From: Octopus sinensis
Lineage: Eukaryota
Reading direction: 5' to 3'
DNA: 64,000 bases
Assembly (NCBI RefSeq): GCF_006345805.1
Contig: NC_043003.1
Coordinates: forward strand, 66,588,001-66,652,000
Shown: positions 27,453 through 40,436 of the stretch, piece after piece
Numbering within the stretch: position 1 is the first letter of the stretch
Layout of the letters: the number at the start of each line of letters is the position of its first letter
Program-made: the position numbers and the translations under genes
Notes under the pieces: model-generated
Database searches by the model: none
Told to the model about the DNA's origin: nothing
Seen by the model: the letters and a program-made list of their open reading frames with translations, nothing else

Positions 27453-27972
27453 GTGACGTATATTTGCCATTTAAATATGGCTAACCCCAAAGGGTGGATG
27501 CTACTGTAGTTTGTAGCCCCAGCAGCTGGAGCTGGCTTTAGACACACTTTCTGTGCCCTATCAGTATTTGCAAAGGGAAGCCATCCTTACCGTCTTCAAC
27601 TTATGATACACACGGACTCGAGTTTCTGGGTATTGACCTGTCAACTCGCTCAAAGATTTATTATTGCTTGATTACACCTTTTCCATATCAGTGTATTTAC
27701 GATACTGTAAAAGGGATAAGTATTTGTGAAGGGAACCTACTTTTCATCGACAACTGTGATTGTCACATGCCGATGACGGGTCAGTATTCAGAAACTCGAG
27801 TCCGTGTGTATCATATGTTGAAGACGGGAAGGATGGCTTCCTTTTGCAAATACTGATAGGGCACAGAAAGTGTGTCTAAAGCCAGCTGGAGGAGGTGTCC
27901 TCTTGGGGCTACAAACTACAGTAGCCTCCACTCTTAGGGGTTAGCCATATTTAAATGGCAAATATACGTCAC
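27453..27972. mobile_element. Foldback/MITE with terminal inverted repeats of about 190 bp
   Basis: Arm 27453-27643 (GTGACGTATATTTGCCATTTAAATATGGCTAACCCC...) is the reverse complement of 27774-27972, with a 130-bp spacer and (TA)n flanks. Confidence 0.85.
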
Positions 27973-27991
27973 TATATATATAATGGTATAT

Positions 27992-28040
<49 letters not shown>

Positions 28041-28189
28041 ATATATATATATTAATACACACACACACACCACACCACACAAACATTATATATTTATATA
28101 TATATATAGAGAGAGAGAGAGATATATGTGTGTGTGTGTATTATATATTATATATATATATATATGCACTCATATATATATACATTTAT

Positions 28190-28229
<40 letters not shown>

Positions 28230-29169
28230 ATATATATATATAGATATATTTATTCTAGAGGCGATTCCATGTCATCAGCGCCATCCGGCTCATCACAGAT
28301 TTCGCAAAAGACACATGCCTGCTCGAAAAATTTCACGTTTTATCGCTTTACTTATTGCCCCAAATCGCTTATTTTTTTAATATCTAACACTATGTCTTTC
28401 TCTATTTCTAAGTTAAGGTTAAAAATAAAGCAACCCTGCAAAACGCAACTGATCTTTACACACAACGACGCACAGATTAACAGTCATCAAATAACTACAG
28501 CGAGGTGCACAGCAAACATAAGCGATCTGACTGTCGCCTGTACTCTTGACAAAATATGCCAGTTAGTCTTTTACACCTAACAGGCTCGTTCGTATTAGCC
28601 CGAGTTGCTCGATAAATTTTCGTTCTTTTAAGAATATTGTACAGCGGAAACTTATCATAGACTGGAATTTGAATACTAATCCCTATAGAAATTTATTATT
28701 TCATGAAAATATTGAATTTGAATTAATTTTTAATATTTACGATTATAACTAACAACTAGGGCTGTAACTTTTGAGCCAGAGTCAGGCGTGTGTGAACGAT
28801 GCCGAGAGAACGTCTGCTACGAATATTTTTTGATACAGGGCACTTTTAAGATACCGCCAGACGCTGATCGAAAATAAATGAACTGCGACCAGGTTCAATG
28901 AAAGGAGCCCGAGTTATTGGCTGAAATTACATACTTGAAGTCAGTGTTGGCAGAAATTAAATCAGCTTAAATTCACGTTCACATTACAAAATTTATAATC
29001 AGTCCAAACCCGAAACAGCCCGAGGGCCGGAATCGCCACTCATATAACCCCATTTGTTCTCTTTTTATACCTGCACCACACCTGGAACCAACCCCCGAGT
29101 CAGTCCAATAGTTTAAATTGAATTTGGTACTTACTTGGAAAAGGATGCGTGGCGTTCGATCATATAATA

Positions 29170-29340
29170 ATATAAATAATATATAAATATATGCATATAT
29201 ACATACATATATGTACATACCTACATATATATGTATATATACATGCATATATGGGTACAGGACATCAAAAGAACGGTGACCACAATGAGAAACGAAAACA
29301 TAAAAACAAAACCATAGAAAATGAACGTTTTTTCCGGTAC
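29170..29340 (-). repeat. Unclassified dispersed repeat, second copy at about 34695-34850 (+)
   Basis: Shared GTTTTCTATGG...ATGTCCTGTACCCATATATGCATGTATATATACATATATATGTAG. Confidence 0.65.
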
Positions 29341-30005
29341 TTACATATCTACAGGATCCTACCAAGACTTGATTGTTCTTTACCTGATGTTGAACTTATC
29401 TCTGGCTTCCTATGTGTTCATGTGCCTTGATTCTACTGAATGCAATGACAAATTCATGAATATACTTGAAAAAAAAAAAAAAACGAATAGATATGGTTTT
29501 TCTGATAATTTTTCCGCTTCATCTAATTATTAAAGTGGAAAGATTATCAGAAAAGCCATTTCTATTCATTTTTTTTTCAAATATACAATACTGTTCGAAA
29601 GATTTTCTATTTCTTATTCTGCTTTGTGTATGCGTGTACGTGTGTGTGTGTGTGTGTGGTGTGTGTGTGTGTGTGCATATCAATCACGTTGTAGAAGACC
29701 CGTTTAAAAACGCATAAAATCGATTTCTCTTTCATTTTACATAGTTATTACTTTTGGTGTGTGTATGTGTGTGTTTATGAATGTGTGTGTGTATGAATGC
29801 GTATGTATGCATGTGTGAGTGTTTGTGTGTGTGTGTGTGTATGTGTAAGCTGTAGGAAACACTCAAACGATATCATTGCTATAACTCATTTAAAGAGGGT
29901 TTTTTTTAATTTAAATATTTAAGAATCAACTCTTCGTCAACATGATCAGGCACAGAGTTCAACTGCAATGCTAGTTTAAAGCGACCTGTAAGAAAAAGCT
30001 AAAGC

Positions 30006-30041
<36 letters not shown>

Positions 30042-30045
30042 ACAC

Positions 30046-30084
<39 letters not shown>

Positions 30085-30088
30085 TGAA

Positions 30089-30316
30089 GGCGGCGAGCTG
30101 GCAGAAACGTTAGCACGCCGGGCGAAATGCGTTGTCGTATTTCGTCTGCCGTTACGTTCCGAGTTCAAATTCTGCCGAGGTCGACTTTGCCTTTCATCCT
30201 TCCGGGGTCGATAAATTAAGTACCAGTTACGCACTGGGGTCGATGTAATCGACTTAATCCCTTTGTCTGTCCTTGTTTGTCTCCTCTGTGTTTAGCCCCT
30301 TGTGGGTAGTAAAGAA

Positions 30317-30317
<1 letters not shown>
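30089..30317 (+). mobile_element. Family A SINE (head plus one linker-type unit)
   Basis: GGCGGCGAGCTGGCAGAAACGTTAGCACGCCGGG...GAGTTCAAATTC...GTAGTAAAGAAAT then (TA)n. Confidence 0.9.
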
Positions 30318-30391
<74 letters not shown>

Positions 30392-32029
30392 TATATGTAG
30401 ATTAAAAAAATCAGTCTTCAAAAGAAGTGAAAGAAAAGTAGATCTAGCGGCATCCAGTCACATTACCGGCCAAAATACTCGATGCATGGTAACTTACCGT
30501 TGCACCAGTGTCAAGAGTTAGACAGATAAATCTAAGGGCAAATGGAGATGCTTCTTGAGACCGAGTGGAAACGAAAATCGTTCGTCACACGAAACAAATA
30601 ATTTTGTACAATTGAAGCCATATTCGGGTTTTAATTCGAAGTTACGAGGCCCTCCCCAGTCCCAATTAAAGTGAGATCATTCTCATTTCATTATAAACGA
30701 GCAAACGAATTGTGTGTGAGTGATGGCTGCAGTAACAGAAATAAATATATGTTGACTGGCAGCGGCTCTCGTGTTTAATGACAAAAGTAGGTGAACTTGG
30801 AGGGTCATCAAATGAGCCAAGTATGTTGGTCGTGTATAGACATGGGGCTGCTAATGTGGAGGAATTAAGAGAAGCTCGAAAGCATCACCGACCTAATCCA
30901 ACAATCACATGGAACCAGCTTGATATAGTGACGGTAGAGTACGGAAGACCAAGTTGTCATAAATTTTGTCCGACAAACCACCTAAAAGTTGTCTTCTCAT
31001 AGCAGAAGGTAAGTGAATGAAGACTCACACTGATGCTAATGCAACAACCTGATAAACATGCGCAACAACAACAAAAAGAGCTTTCAACCACTACAATAGT
31101 AAGAACAATAACAGAAGCAGCAGCAGCAACAAAAGCAAAATAGCCCACATCAATATCAGAATTTCCCAGGTCCAACACCACACCACAAGACCTATTCATC
31201 TTCACTTCAGGTCAATCAAGGATGTCATGCACTGAGAGTGACAGAAGTAAGATATAAAACTGTCTTCACCCCCACCCCAAAAAAACTGGGCGATTTGAAG
31301 GGAGGATAATTTAAATTACATTGAATACTAATACCAGTTCTACTAACACAACAAAAAATGCAACACAGTCCGATCTTCCCCTCAATCCAACAAGAGCAGC
31401 ACTTGCAAAACGGGCGAAGAAAGAACATACTTTTCTTGAACTATAAATGTCAATATACGGTTGTGCCACAGCATGGCCGCGGACTTCGGGCTAAAACATT
31501 TTAAAGGATTTTAAGGATACGGACAGGCGACACAGTAACTACATCTCACCGATGAATTATGTAACATCACAAATATAATTCTTAAAAGCAACGTAAGAAA
31601 CATGCAAGAATTAAAATCAAAATATTTTGACAAAACTGGAAATTTCCAAGAAACAATTACCAAACAACAAAATGGAAAGACGGATTGCCATTCCTTTCAC
31701 AAGCATAAGGTGGTCTGTTTCACTTATCTCTCCTTTTGGCGTTGTTCAGATTAGGCGGTGGGAATGTATACGGCCTGGTGTTATCCTGGAAGCAAGGATA
31801 CTTGCTAAATGATTTCGTGTCAGTAGGAATAGATGTGGTGGATATCATCAAATGTGAGGTACGAAACTTTCCAGGTGTCTTCACCGGCTATGAGATGTAC
31901 GCATTTACATTTCGCTCGAGATCAGGGTGTGGCACAATTTCGTTGTTTCAGAAAAGCTTGGATCACATAACACAAACTATATCCGAGGAATCAAGGATTA
32001 AATCGGTGGTGCTGGACGGGATGCGAAAT

Positions 32030-32540
32030 TTTTTTTCCCATGAGAGTTTCGGCCCCCAGTAATGAACTCATTTGCATACAGCCAATCAGGGCTCATCTTG
32101 ACCATGTTATCAAATTAACAAACACATTCTACCAAGTAAATTCAAAACTAAGAACAGTGTTGTAATTCAACCGATCGCCAATTTATGCTTAATTTTAGAA
32201 GGAGACAAGTAATTAGATAGATTTGCATCTATATCTATTATTGGATTTTGTTAGGGCCCAAATGGTAAAGATGTGGATGATAAAAACGTGGGTAGAGGAT
32301 GATGTGCTAGCAAACCTCTCCCCTTACTGTTTTACAAAGTAAACAAGAACATAACTACGCAGAGGCAGCCATGGTTGAAACAAGAACAAGAACAAGAACA
32401 AGAAGCACGGTCATTCCATACCTAAGTGACCTTATCGCCCATCGCTTGTTATTCACGCATATATTAGTTTGATAGCTGAGCTCTGATTGGCTGTTTGCAA
32501 ATGAGTTCATAACTGGTGTCCGGAACTCTCGTGGGAAAAT
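32030..32540. mobile_element. Element with inverted repeats of about 65 bp (probable MITE)
   Basis: 32030-32095 (TTCCCATGAGAG...GAACTCATTTGCATACAGCCAATCAGGGCTCA) is the reverse complement of 32477-32540. Confidence 0.7.
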
Positions 32541-32792
32541 ATCGTGGATGAGACCAACAGTGAAGACTAAACATTCTAACTAGTACCAGTCTATGCTCCG
32601 ACAGAGATGGGGTGACCAGACTTCTTTATGCCTCTAGATTTTTCTCTGCATTATATGAATCAAGTATATAAAATTTATCGAAAACGCCATAAAACGGACC
32701 AAAATATGCATCACAACCAACCATAAACTTAAACCTATAACATTTAATGACAGATGTAAGACAGAAAGGCTGTTCTCCATATTTGTGAGCAC

Positions 32793-33243
32793 CAGGGCCG
32801 GATTAAGATCCACAGAGGCCCTAAGCGCTGTAAAGGTTTTGATGCTCTTGAGTATGTGTAAATGGTTCAAAATGTAAACAAAAATAATTCAAAATTTAAA
32901 CGATAATAAACAGTAAAATAAATTTATATTTTTCAAAATGAAACAAAATTTACAGTAAGATAGAAAATAATGTTTATATTTGTATGTTTCCATTTTATTT
33001 ATATTTGAAAAGTGTTCTCCTTCATTTTTTTATTGCAAAGTGCTCGATAATATCGTTAAAATAAATTTTACATAAAATTTCTGCTTCTATACTTAGTAGA
33101 AATAAGGCATTACGAATATTATTTTAGCAAGTTTAAAATGATTTCTTTCGTGTCGTAAATCATTTACCATTTCTGTGGTGCCTCTTCCTTCCTTTGATAC
33201 CCTAAGCACGTGCTTATTTTGCTTCATGGTTAATCCAGCGCTG
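32793..33243 (+). mobile_element. hAT-superfamily MITE
   Basis: Imperfect TIRs CAGGGCCGGATTAA and TTAATCCAGCGCTG, flanked by a degenerate 8-bp TSD GTGAGCAC / ATGAGTAC (6 of 8 match). No ORF. Confidence 0.75.
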
Positions 33244-33267
33244 ATGAGTACACACGAACACACGCAT

Positions 33268-33380
<113 letters not shown>

Positions 33381-33695
33381 GCTGAATGGTTAAAAATATA
33401 GTTTCGTAATCATGAAGTTCCGTTTTCGATCCTGCCACATGTCGTCAAATGTAATTTTCTGTGATCGCGAATTGACCCACAGAGCTTGAGATTCGGTTGT
33501 GGGAAAGTATGTAGAAGCCGAGCAGAAGTATTTTACCTGTAATTTAAAGGTAAAATGCCTCGTTACACATAAATACTATGTCACGTTGATTGTGCATAAG
33601 GATTACGTTAATTGTACACGTGACCCTGTGGGAACTGTTAATTCAGCTGATCGAACAAACTACTGAGTTTTCATTGTCAACCGACGGAGCACCAT

Positions 33696-33752
<57 letters not shown>

Positions 33753-33854
33753 GGAACAGCTACAACTATTTCGTTGAGAATCTTTATTGTGATGTAAGCA
33801 TGGTACATAGAGGAATGGAATAGTCGCACCATCTCTAATAATAGGCAACATTAT

Positions 33855-34045
33855 GTCATCCTACACGCATTTTTTTCTCTCCTTGTTTCTCTCCTTGTTT
33901 TTTCTGTGTATCTTTCTGTCGAAGAGCGTAGGCTCGAAACGTAAAAGACTTTTTCTATTTCTATTCCTGAGCGCTATACTAATACATTTGTTTGCTTGTA
34001 CTTCACCTGCCTTCGTCTTTTGTTTAATTTCGTAAACTTTCCCGT
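33855..34045 (+). mobile_element. Penelope-like (pLTR-type) fragment between (TA)n tracts
   Basis: Carries a minimal hammerhead motif; shares TTCCTGAGCG..TAATA with the 53462 element. Confidence 0.55.
33911..33948 (+). ncRNA. Minimal type I hammerhead ribozyme-like motif (core CUGUCGA)
   Basis: Stem I TCTTT/AAAGA, core CTGTCGA plus an extra A, stem II GAGC-GTAG-GCTC, then GAA, palindromic ACGT and H17 = A. Confidence 0.6.
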
Positions 34046-34076
<31 letters not shown>

Positions 34077-34077
<1 letters not shown>

Positions 34078-34389
34078 GAGGAGCAATGGCCCAGTGGTTA
34101 GGGAAGCGGACTCGCGGTTGTAGGATCGCGGTTTCGATTCCTAGATCGGGCGTTGTGAATGTTTATTGAGCGAAAACACCTAAAGCTACACGAGGCTCCG
34201 GCAGTGGGTGGTGGCGATCCCTGGTGTACTCTTTCGCCATAACTTTCTCTCACTCTTTCTTCTGTTGGCCTGTTCGCTTAGCCAGCGGTGTGGCGTCATT
34301 TGAAGGCTAAAACAATGCGAAGCGCATTGTGACCAGCGATGTGTAGCAACAACTGATAACCTGGTCGGTCACGGTGATCACGGTGATAT
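34077..34389 (+). mobile_element. tRNA-derived SINE family C (tail type 1)
   Basis: Head CAATGGCCCAGTGGTTAGGG...GGTTTCGATTCC, body TTTATTGAGCGAAAACACCTAAAGCT. Confidence 0.8.
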
Positions 34390-34847
34390 ATGTATGTAAG
34401 TATTTATGTATATATATCTTGTTTTTCCAGCGTCCACCACTTCAAATAAACTTGGCTTAACAACCCTCACCGTTTGTTTTTACTGTTTTGTTCTTACTGT
34501 CCTGTTATTGTTACCACTTTAACCCTCCGCAAAGAATCCCAAATTTTACTTAATTTGCTTTGCATGAGGTATTGTTTTCACGAAGTCGCGTCTTGTCCCT
34601 ACCTTCGAAACGCGGGGCAGATAAAACAGGGGACAACTGATGAAGGGAATATTATTTATGTTGCCTGTCTCGTTTCTCTATTTGTTTCTTTCTTTGTTCG
34701 AAAAAAAGTTCGTTTTCTATGGGTTTTTTTATGTTCCCGTTTCTCCCTTTGGTTTTTTTTTTTATGTCCTGTACCCATATATGCATGTATATATACATAT
34801 ATATGTAGATATGTACATATGTGTATGTATATATGCATATATTTATA

Positions 34848-35503
34848 TAACATTTCGATAGAAAATCCATTTCTCCTCACCAGTCACAAGTCTATCAGAA
34901 AGGATGAAATGAGTTCGCGAGAATGGAGAGAAGAGCAGATGTCAATTCGGGATTTGCGGTAGCTTTCGGACTAATCACGAGGCACCCATTTTTCAAGTTT
35001 AGGAACCTTTCTATAAACGATAAACAGTTGTATGGTTTGAACTAAGCTTTACTGCCAATTCTTCAACTGTTAATACAGGATTTTCTTCAAGTAATGCCTC
35101 AAGGAGCTTATCATCAAACTCAACTGGACGTCCTATTCGATCTTCATCTTCAAGGCTGAAATCCCCACTTCTGAATTTTGCAAACCATTTTCTGTAAGTT
35201 CTTTCATTCAAGCATTCATTCCCAAAAACTGAGTGTGTTTCGAGTCGCTTCGACTGCAGAGTTTCCTTTTTTTGTACTCATAAAGCATTATGTGCCTGAA
35301 ATGCTCTTTGGATACTTTCATGTTAGAAAGGGTTTTAATCAAAGAAATTTAAATTTTATTATTCTGTAAAATAATATTTAATTAGTTTAAATGTACACAG
35401 ATGCATAAAAATAATTTTTAGTTCCATTAGACATTCTAAAATACTATTAAATTTCAATTTTAAAAATGGTAAAATCGGATAGAATTTATGGGATGACCTG
35501 ATA
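34848..35503 (-). mobile_element. mariner transposon, 5' half (TIR plus degenerate transposase)
   Basis: TA followed by a TIR-like TCAGGTCATCCCATAAATTC. The minus-strand translation across frameshifts gives MKVSKEHFRHIMLYEYKKG, RKWFAKFRSGDFSLEDEDRIGRP (HTH), KWVPRD (WVPHEL-like) and DRLVTGEEKW (first catalytic-D region). Confidence 0.9.
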
Positions 35504-36169
35504 GAAGCAGTTCTAATAATGTTAATATTACCGATGATACATACTTAATATGTTTTGTTTTGTTGTTTTTTCATGCGCTTATTGTCTGCTGGATTCGTCC
35601 TGGCAAAAATTCCTGTAAGACGTCGAGAAATATATATACATAAAACGGGCAAGGAAGAGAACTCACCGAATTTGCGAAAATTACATAATGATAATATTCA
35701 ATGTCTTCGCTAGTTCTAATGACAATCCTTGGCATGTTTAGCCACATTGAACATCGGGAATAAAACTCCATGTACACATAATACCCAGGAATTAAGAACG
35801 ATGAGAAGAGTTTCCGTGTCTTTGAGAATAATTGCCATTAATGCTATGAAATTTCTTTCTATTACAGCATAATTTCATTTCATTAAAATTTATTTTCTAC
35901 TCTCCACATTAACTACGGCAACCGGCACTTAACACATTCTCATTCAATTGGCTCTGACATCTGACAAGTATTTATTTTATCGACTAAGAAAATAAAATTG
36001 AAGATGATTTTTATATAAAATTAACACAAAATAGATTGTTGTTGCTATTGTGGCTGCTGGTTGTTGTTGTTGCTGTTGTTGTTATTGTTGATGTTGTTTG
36101 ACCGAAGCCAAATCTTACAGAGCAAGCCTATGATCAAGGATGGTCTCGCATAACAATTCTGTTATATTT

Positions 36170-36321
36170 TCCTGGCTGTATGGTAAGTCTTCTTGCCAAC
36201 CACATGGTCCTAAGTTCAGACCCACTGCGTGACACGTCCGAGATATCTTTTCTACTATAGTTTCAGACTGACCAAAGGCCGTGTTAGTGGATTTTGTAGA
36301 CAGAAACTTTAAGAAGCCTGT

Positions 36322-36390
<69 letters not shown>

Positions 36391-36473
36391 CCATGCTGGA
36401 ACACCAGGTGATGTTCCAGCATGGCCGCAGTCAAATGATTGAAACAAGAAAAGGATAAAGCATATATATATAT

Positions 36474-36517
<44 letters not shown>

Positions 36518-36700
36518 CGTAGAAGTGGCAGGTGGCACTGTGTTAAGAAGCTGACTTCCCAACCGCATTTTTCCGGGTTCAATCCCACTGCGTGATACAT
36601 TAGGCATGTGTTTCAACTATAGACTCGGGCCGACGAAAGACTTGTGTGTGGATATGGTAGATGGAAACTGCAAGAAGCCCATCGTATATATATGTATGTT
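36170..36700 (+). mobile_element. Two family B CORE-SINE copies/fragments
   Basis: Heads at about 36172 and 36518, each followed by the family B body and (TA)n. Confidence 0.75.
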
Positions 36701-36709
36701 TGTATGTCC

Positions 36710-37294
36710 TTGTTTGTCCTCTCTGAGTTTAGCCCCTTGTGAGTAGTAAAGAAATAGATATTTCGTCTGCCGTTACGTTCTGAGTTCAAATTCCGCCGAG
36801 GTCGACTTTGCCTTTCATCTTATCGAGGTCGATTAAATAAGTACCAGTTACGCACTGGGGTCGATATAATCGACTTAATCCGTTTGTCTGTCCTTGTTTG
36901 TCCTTTCTGTGTTTACCTACTTGTGGGTAGTAAAGAAATAGAAATTGGTAGTTCGTCTGCCGCTACGTTCTGAGTTCAAATTCCGCCGAAGTCGACTTTG
37001 CCTTTCATCCTTTTGGGGTCGATTAAATAAGTACCAGTTCCGTACTGGGGTCGATATAATCGACTTAATCCGTTTGTCTGTCTTTGTTTGTCCCCTCTGT
37101 GTGTAACCCCTTGTGGGCAGTAAAGAAATAGGTATTTTGTCTGTCTTTACCTTCTGAGTTCAAATTCCGCCGAGGTCGACTTTGCCTTTCAATCTTTCGG
37201 GGTCGATTAAATATGTACCAGTTGAGTACTGGGGTCGATCTAATCGACTAGCCACCTCCCCCAAAATTTTCGTCCTTGTGCCTAAAATAGAAAT
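36710..37294 (+). mobile_element. Family A SINE headless trimer
   Basis: Units begin at 36759, 36949 and 37133 (periods 190 and 184 bp); the last unit has the short terminus. Confidence 0.85.
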
Positions 37295-37569
37295 GGGTTG
37301 CGGTTACATCAGCGTGAAGCCTGTAGTCAGGTGCTCAAGTATCTTACGTATGCAAAATGTTTGATACGTCAATTATTGTTGAGAATGAAAGAGAATGTCG
37401 TTCTTCTTTTTACACAAAGCGTCATCCGTTGCTAATGAATTTCTAATATCTGCTAGAAATGGCAGCCAAATTTCCAATATATCATAGCATACTATATCAA
37501 ATAACTGGCATTGCATTTTATTTTCCATCCAAGGTGAAGCAAAAGGAAGAAAAAAAAAAAAGAAAAAGA

Positions 37570-37888
37570 ACTGGCACTCCGTCGGTTACGACGACGAGCG
37601 CTGCAGTCGATCCGATCAACGAAACAGCCTGGTCGCGAAATCAACGTGCAAGTGGCTGAGTACTCCATAGACACGCGTGCCCTTAAAGTAGTTCTCAGAG
37701 AGATTCAACGTGACACAGAATGTTACAGGACTGGCCCTTTGAATTAGAGATACAACTCATTTTAGCCAGTTTGAGTGCACTGGAATAACTGGAAATAAAG
37801 AGCCTTGCTCAAGGGCACCACGCTCTGCCGGATGTCGAACTCATGATATTATGATCGTGAGCTATATACCCTGACCACTAAGCCATTC
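37570..37888 (-). mobile_element. CORE-type SINE carrying the same tail as the 41569 family C copy
   Basis: Head ATGGCTTAGTGGTCAGGG...GAGTTCGAC, CORE-like GTGCCCTTGAGCAAGG, tail ...GTCGTAACCGACGGAGTGCC. Confidence 0.7.
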
Positions 37889-38561
37889 ATTTTCACTCTA
37901 TATTCAGTAATGACGCATGCATTGGATATATTAGTCTCCGCTATGTTGAAAAAGATCGGGGTTGTCACGGTTGGAACAACTTTGATCTTAGCTCAGCTAG
38001 AACTATATACAACAAATTGACAGAATGTGTCTGGAGTTCTCGCTGCTTACTGCTGGAATAATTTTTGCCTCCCTCTCATATATATTGCGTTTTTAACCAC
38101 AGCATGTTCATAAGAAGTGTTATCTTTGGACGAATACAACAGTAAATTTGCCTTTAAACGATATATTTATTTTTAGTATGATACATAGATGGCTACTTTA
38201 GTACACACACATGTACCAATCTAAGTAAGGGCATACCCATATCAGATGCTTGGAGCTTCTGATGTATGCATATGTGTGTGTGTGTATGCATAGGTGTATG
38301 TATGTATGTATGTATATATGTGTATGTGCATGTGCGCGCGTGTATACTGAGATAGTTGTGCATTAATACGTAGATAAAGAGACACGCACATTTAAGTGTA
38401 TGATAAATATGAACGTAGGTGAGGTAGATATATTAATAGAATCCTAGAAACACCAGGTGTGATACGGAAATATATAAGGCCTGAATCACAAAAGAACATG
38501 GCACCAACCATTTATTATCTTATACTTACAGCTGCATCTATCACTATCATAATTACATCTC

Positions 38562-38652
38562 ATATGACCACGGTTAAGAGCGCGGGCTACTAACCCCAAG
38601 AATCCGAGTTCGATTCCAGGCAGTGACCTGAATAATAATGATAATAATAATG

Positions 38653-38710
<58 letters not shown>

Positions 38711-38768
38711 TAAAAATCATAACATTGGAAAAAAAACCTTAGGAATGAGAACCCATGTTCGAAATTTC
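38562..38768 (+). mobile_element. tRNA-headed element with internal (AAT)n
   Basis: GGTTAAGAGCGCGGGCTACTAACC...GAGTTCGATTCC (B-box), then (AAT)n and CCTTAGGAATGAGAACCC. Confidence 0.45.
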
Positions 38769-38899
38769 CTCTTTCCTCGAACTGGTGCTCACACCCTCAT
38801 ACTCTCTTTCCTAGAACTGGTGCTTTCTGGAACTCATTACCGTCGTCTTGTTTGCGTCTGGTTTATGATATCCAGTCCTTAAAAATTTCAGTCATTCCA

Positions 38900-39250
38900 C
38901 ATCTTTTGAATTTGTAGGCTTCTTTTTCTTCCTTTCTAAGTTACTTACGTTAGAATGACCTCAAAGAGAAAAAGTTATATAATGCTAAATAACCAGAAAC
39001 AAACTTCTACATTCAGTCCAAATCCTTTTCCATTGTTCTTTATCGCTTACTCTTTTATACTTTATAATTCTTTCTGGAGAAGGTTCCGTAAATTTATTCG
39101 GTCATTTGCCGCGTGTCAAATGCATTCAACCATTTATTTATCACGTCCATTTCAATTTGAGACCCAAATATCTGAGAAGACCACGTTTCATACTTTGCAT
39201 GTTTATTATAACAAATACAACGAGGCGCTTCACCATTCCTAGTAATTCAG
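38900..39250 (-). mobile_element. Possible Tc1-like transposase relic
   Basis: A minus-strand frame with stops gives NVVFSD...NGRDK, resembling the Tc1 VIFSDE...DGPD region. Confidence 0.3.
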
Positions 39251-39909
39251 CACAACCTTTGGTTTATCTAATAATATGATAATGAAAGAAAACTTAGCTT
39301 TTATCTCTTATGTGTAATTTATAACCAAATCTTAGGAAGGTGATTTAGTTCCAAATTTTCAACAAAAAAACCTTTTGTTTCTTGTTTAATGAACTGAAAC
39401 TAAATAATTTGATTGTTTCCCAATGAAATAAATTGTATTAAAATACAGAAGTTTTATTCGCTTTATGTTTATATATGTAAACTCGTCATATTTTTGCAGT
39501 TGTGAAGAGGAAAAGAATGGAGCGTAGATTAAATAATCCGAGCCCAGAGGAATATGTGAGAATATTCGAGGAAAAAAATGTGATTAAAATAGCCAACATT
39601 TTTGTTGCATGGATATGTTTGTATAATATAATAATGTTTTCTTTGTGTGTCACGAAAATAGCAAAGGTACGGAAGGCTAGATAAGTAATTAGAGAATAAG
39701 AACTATCTTAGATATTTCTTTTTTTTCTAGACTTTTCTCCGTTTTTTTCTTTTTGTTTCTCTCTCATTTCTCTCTTCATTACGACGACAACAACGACGAC
39801 GACGAAGATGAAGATGATGATGATGATGATCATCATCATCATCATCACCATCTTCATATTATTATTATTATTATCATGATCATTATTAGTATTATTGTTA
39901 TTATTATCA

Positions 39910-40371
39910 AGGCGGCAAGCTGGCAGAAACGTTAGCACGCCGGGCGAAATGCTTAGCGTTATTGCGTCTGTCTTTATGCTCTGAGTTCAAATTCCGCCGA
40001 GGTCTACAGTGCATTTCATCCTTTCTGGGTCGATAAATTAAGTGCCAGTTGCGTACTGGGGTCGATCTAGTCCACTGCCCCCCCCCCCCCCCAAAGTGTC
40101 AGGCCTTGTGTTCCTAGAGTAGAAAATATTATTATTATTATTATTATTGATAAGATGGTGAGCTAGTAGAACCGTTAGTACGTCGAACAAAATGCTTAGC
40201 GGCATTTCGTCTTTCTTTGTGTTCGAGTTCAAATTTCACTGCGATCGACTTTGCCTTTCAATCTTTTGGTGTCGATAAATTAAGACCCAGTTGCGTACTA
40301 GGGTTGATCTATTGGACTGGTCCCTTCCCCACAAATCTCACAGCTTGTGACTTGTACCTTTAGTAGAAAGG

Positions 40372-40375
<4 letters not shown>
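39910..40375 (+). mobile_element. Two family A SINE monomers, each followed by (ATT)n
   Basis: Heads at about 39911 and 40156; termini ...AGTAGAAAA(T)ATTATT. Confidence 0.85.
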
Positions 40376-40402
<27 letters not shown>

Positions 40403-40436
40403 TATTATTATTATCATTATTATTATTATTATTATT

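Noticed and set aside
30089-30180. tRNA genes at SINE heads (also 34077, 38562, 41569)
   Set aside because: A and B boxes are present, but there is no complete cloverleaf or acceptor stem, and each runs straight into a SINE body.
30778-31230. Plus-strand ORF with a nearby AG|GTAAGT and a Gln/Ala-rich stretch as another gene
   Set aside because: No recognisable domain, stops in all frames downstream and no partner exon; it cannot be supported without RNA data.
33241-33260. CTGATGAG as a hammerhead core
   Set aside because: No GAAA or stem III follows; the motif is the junction of a hAT TIR end and its TSD.
36710-37294. CRISPR-like regularly spaced repeats
   Set aside because: Units are about 185 bp and near-identical throughout with no unique spacers; eukaryotic context and no cas genes.
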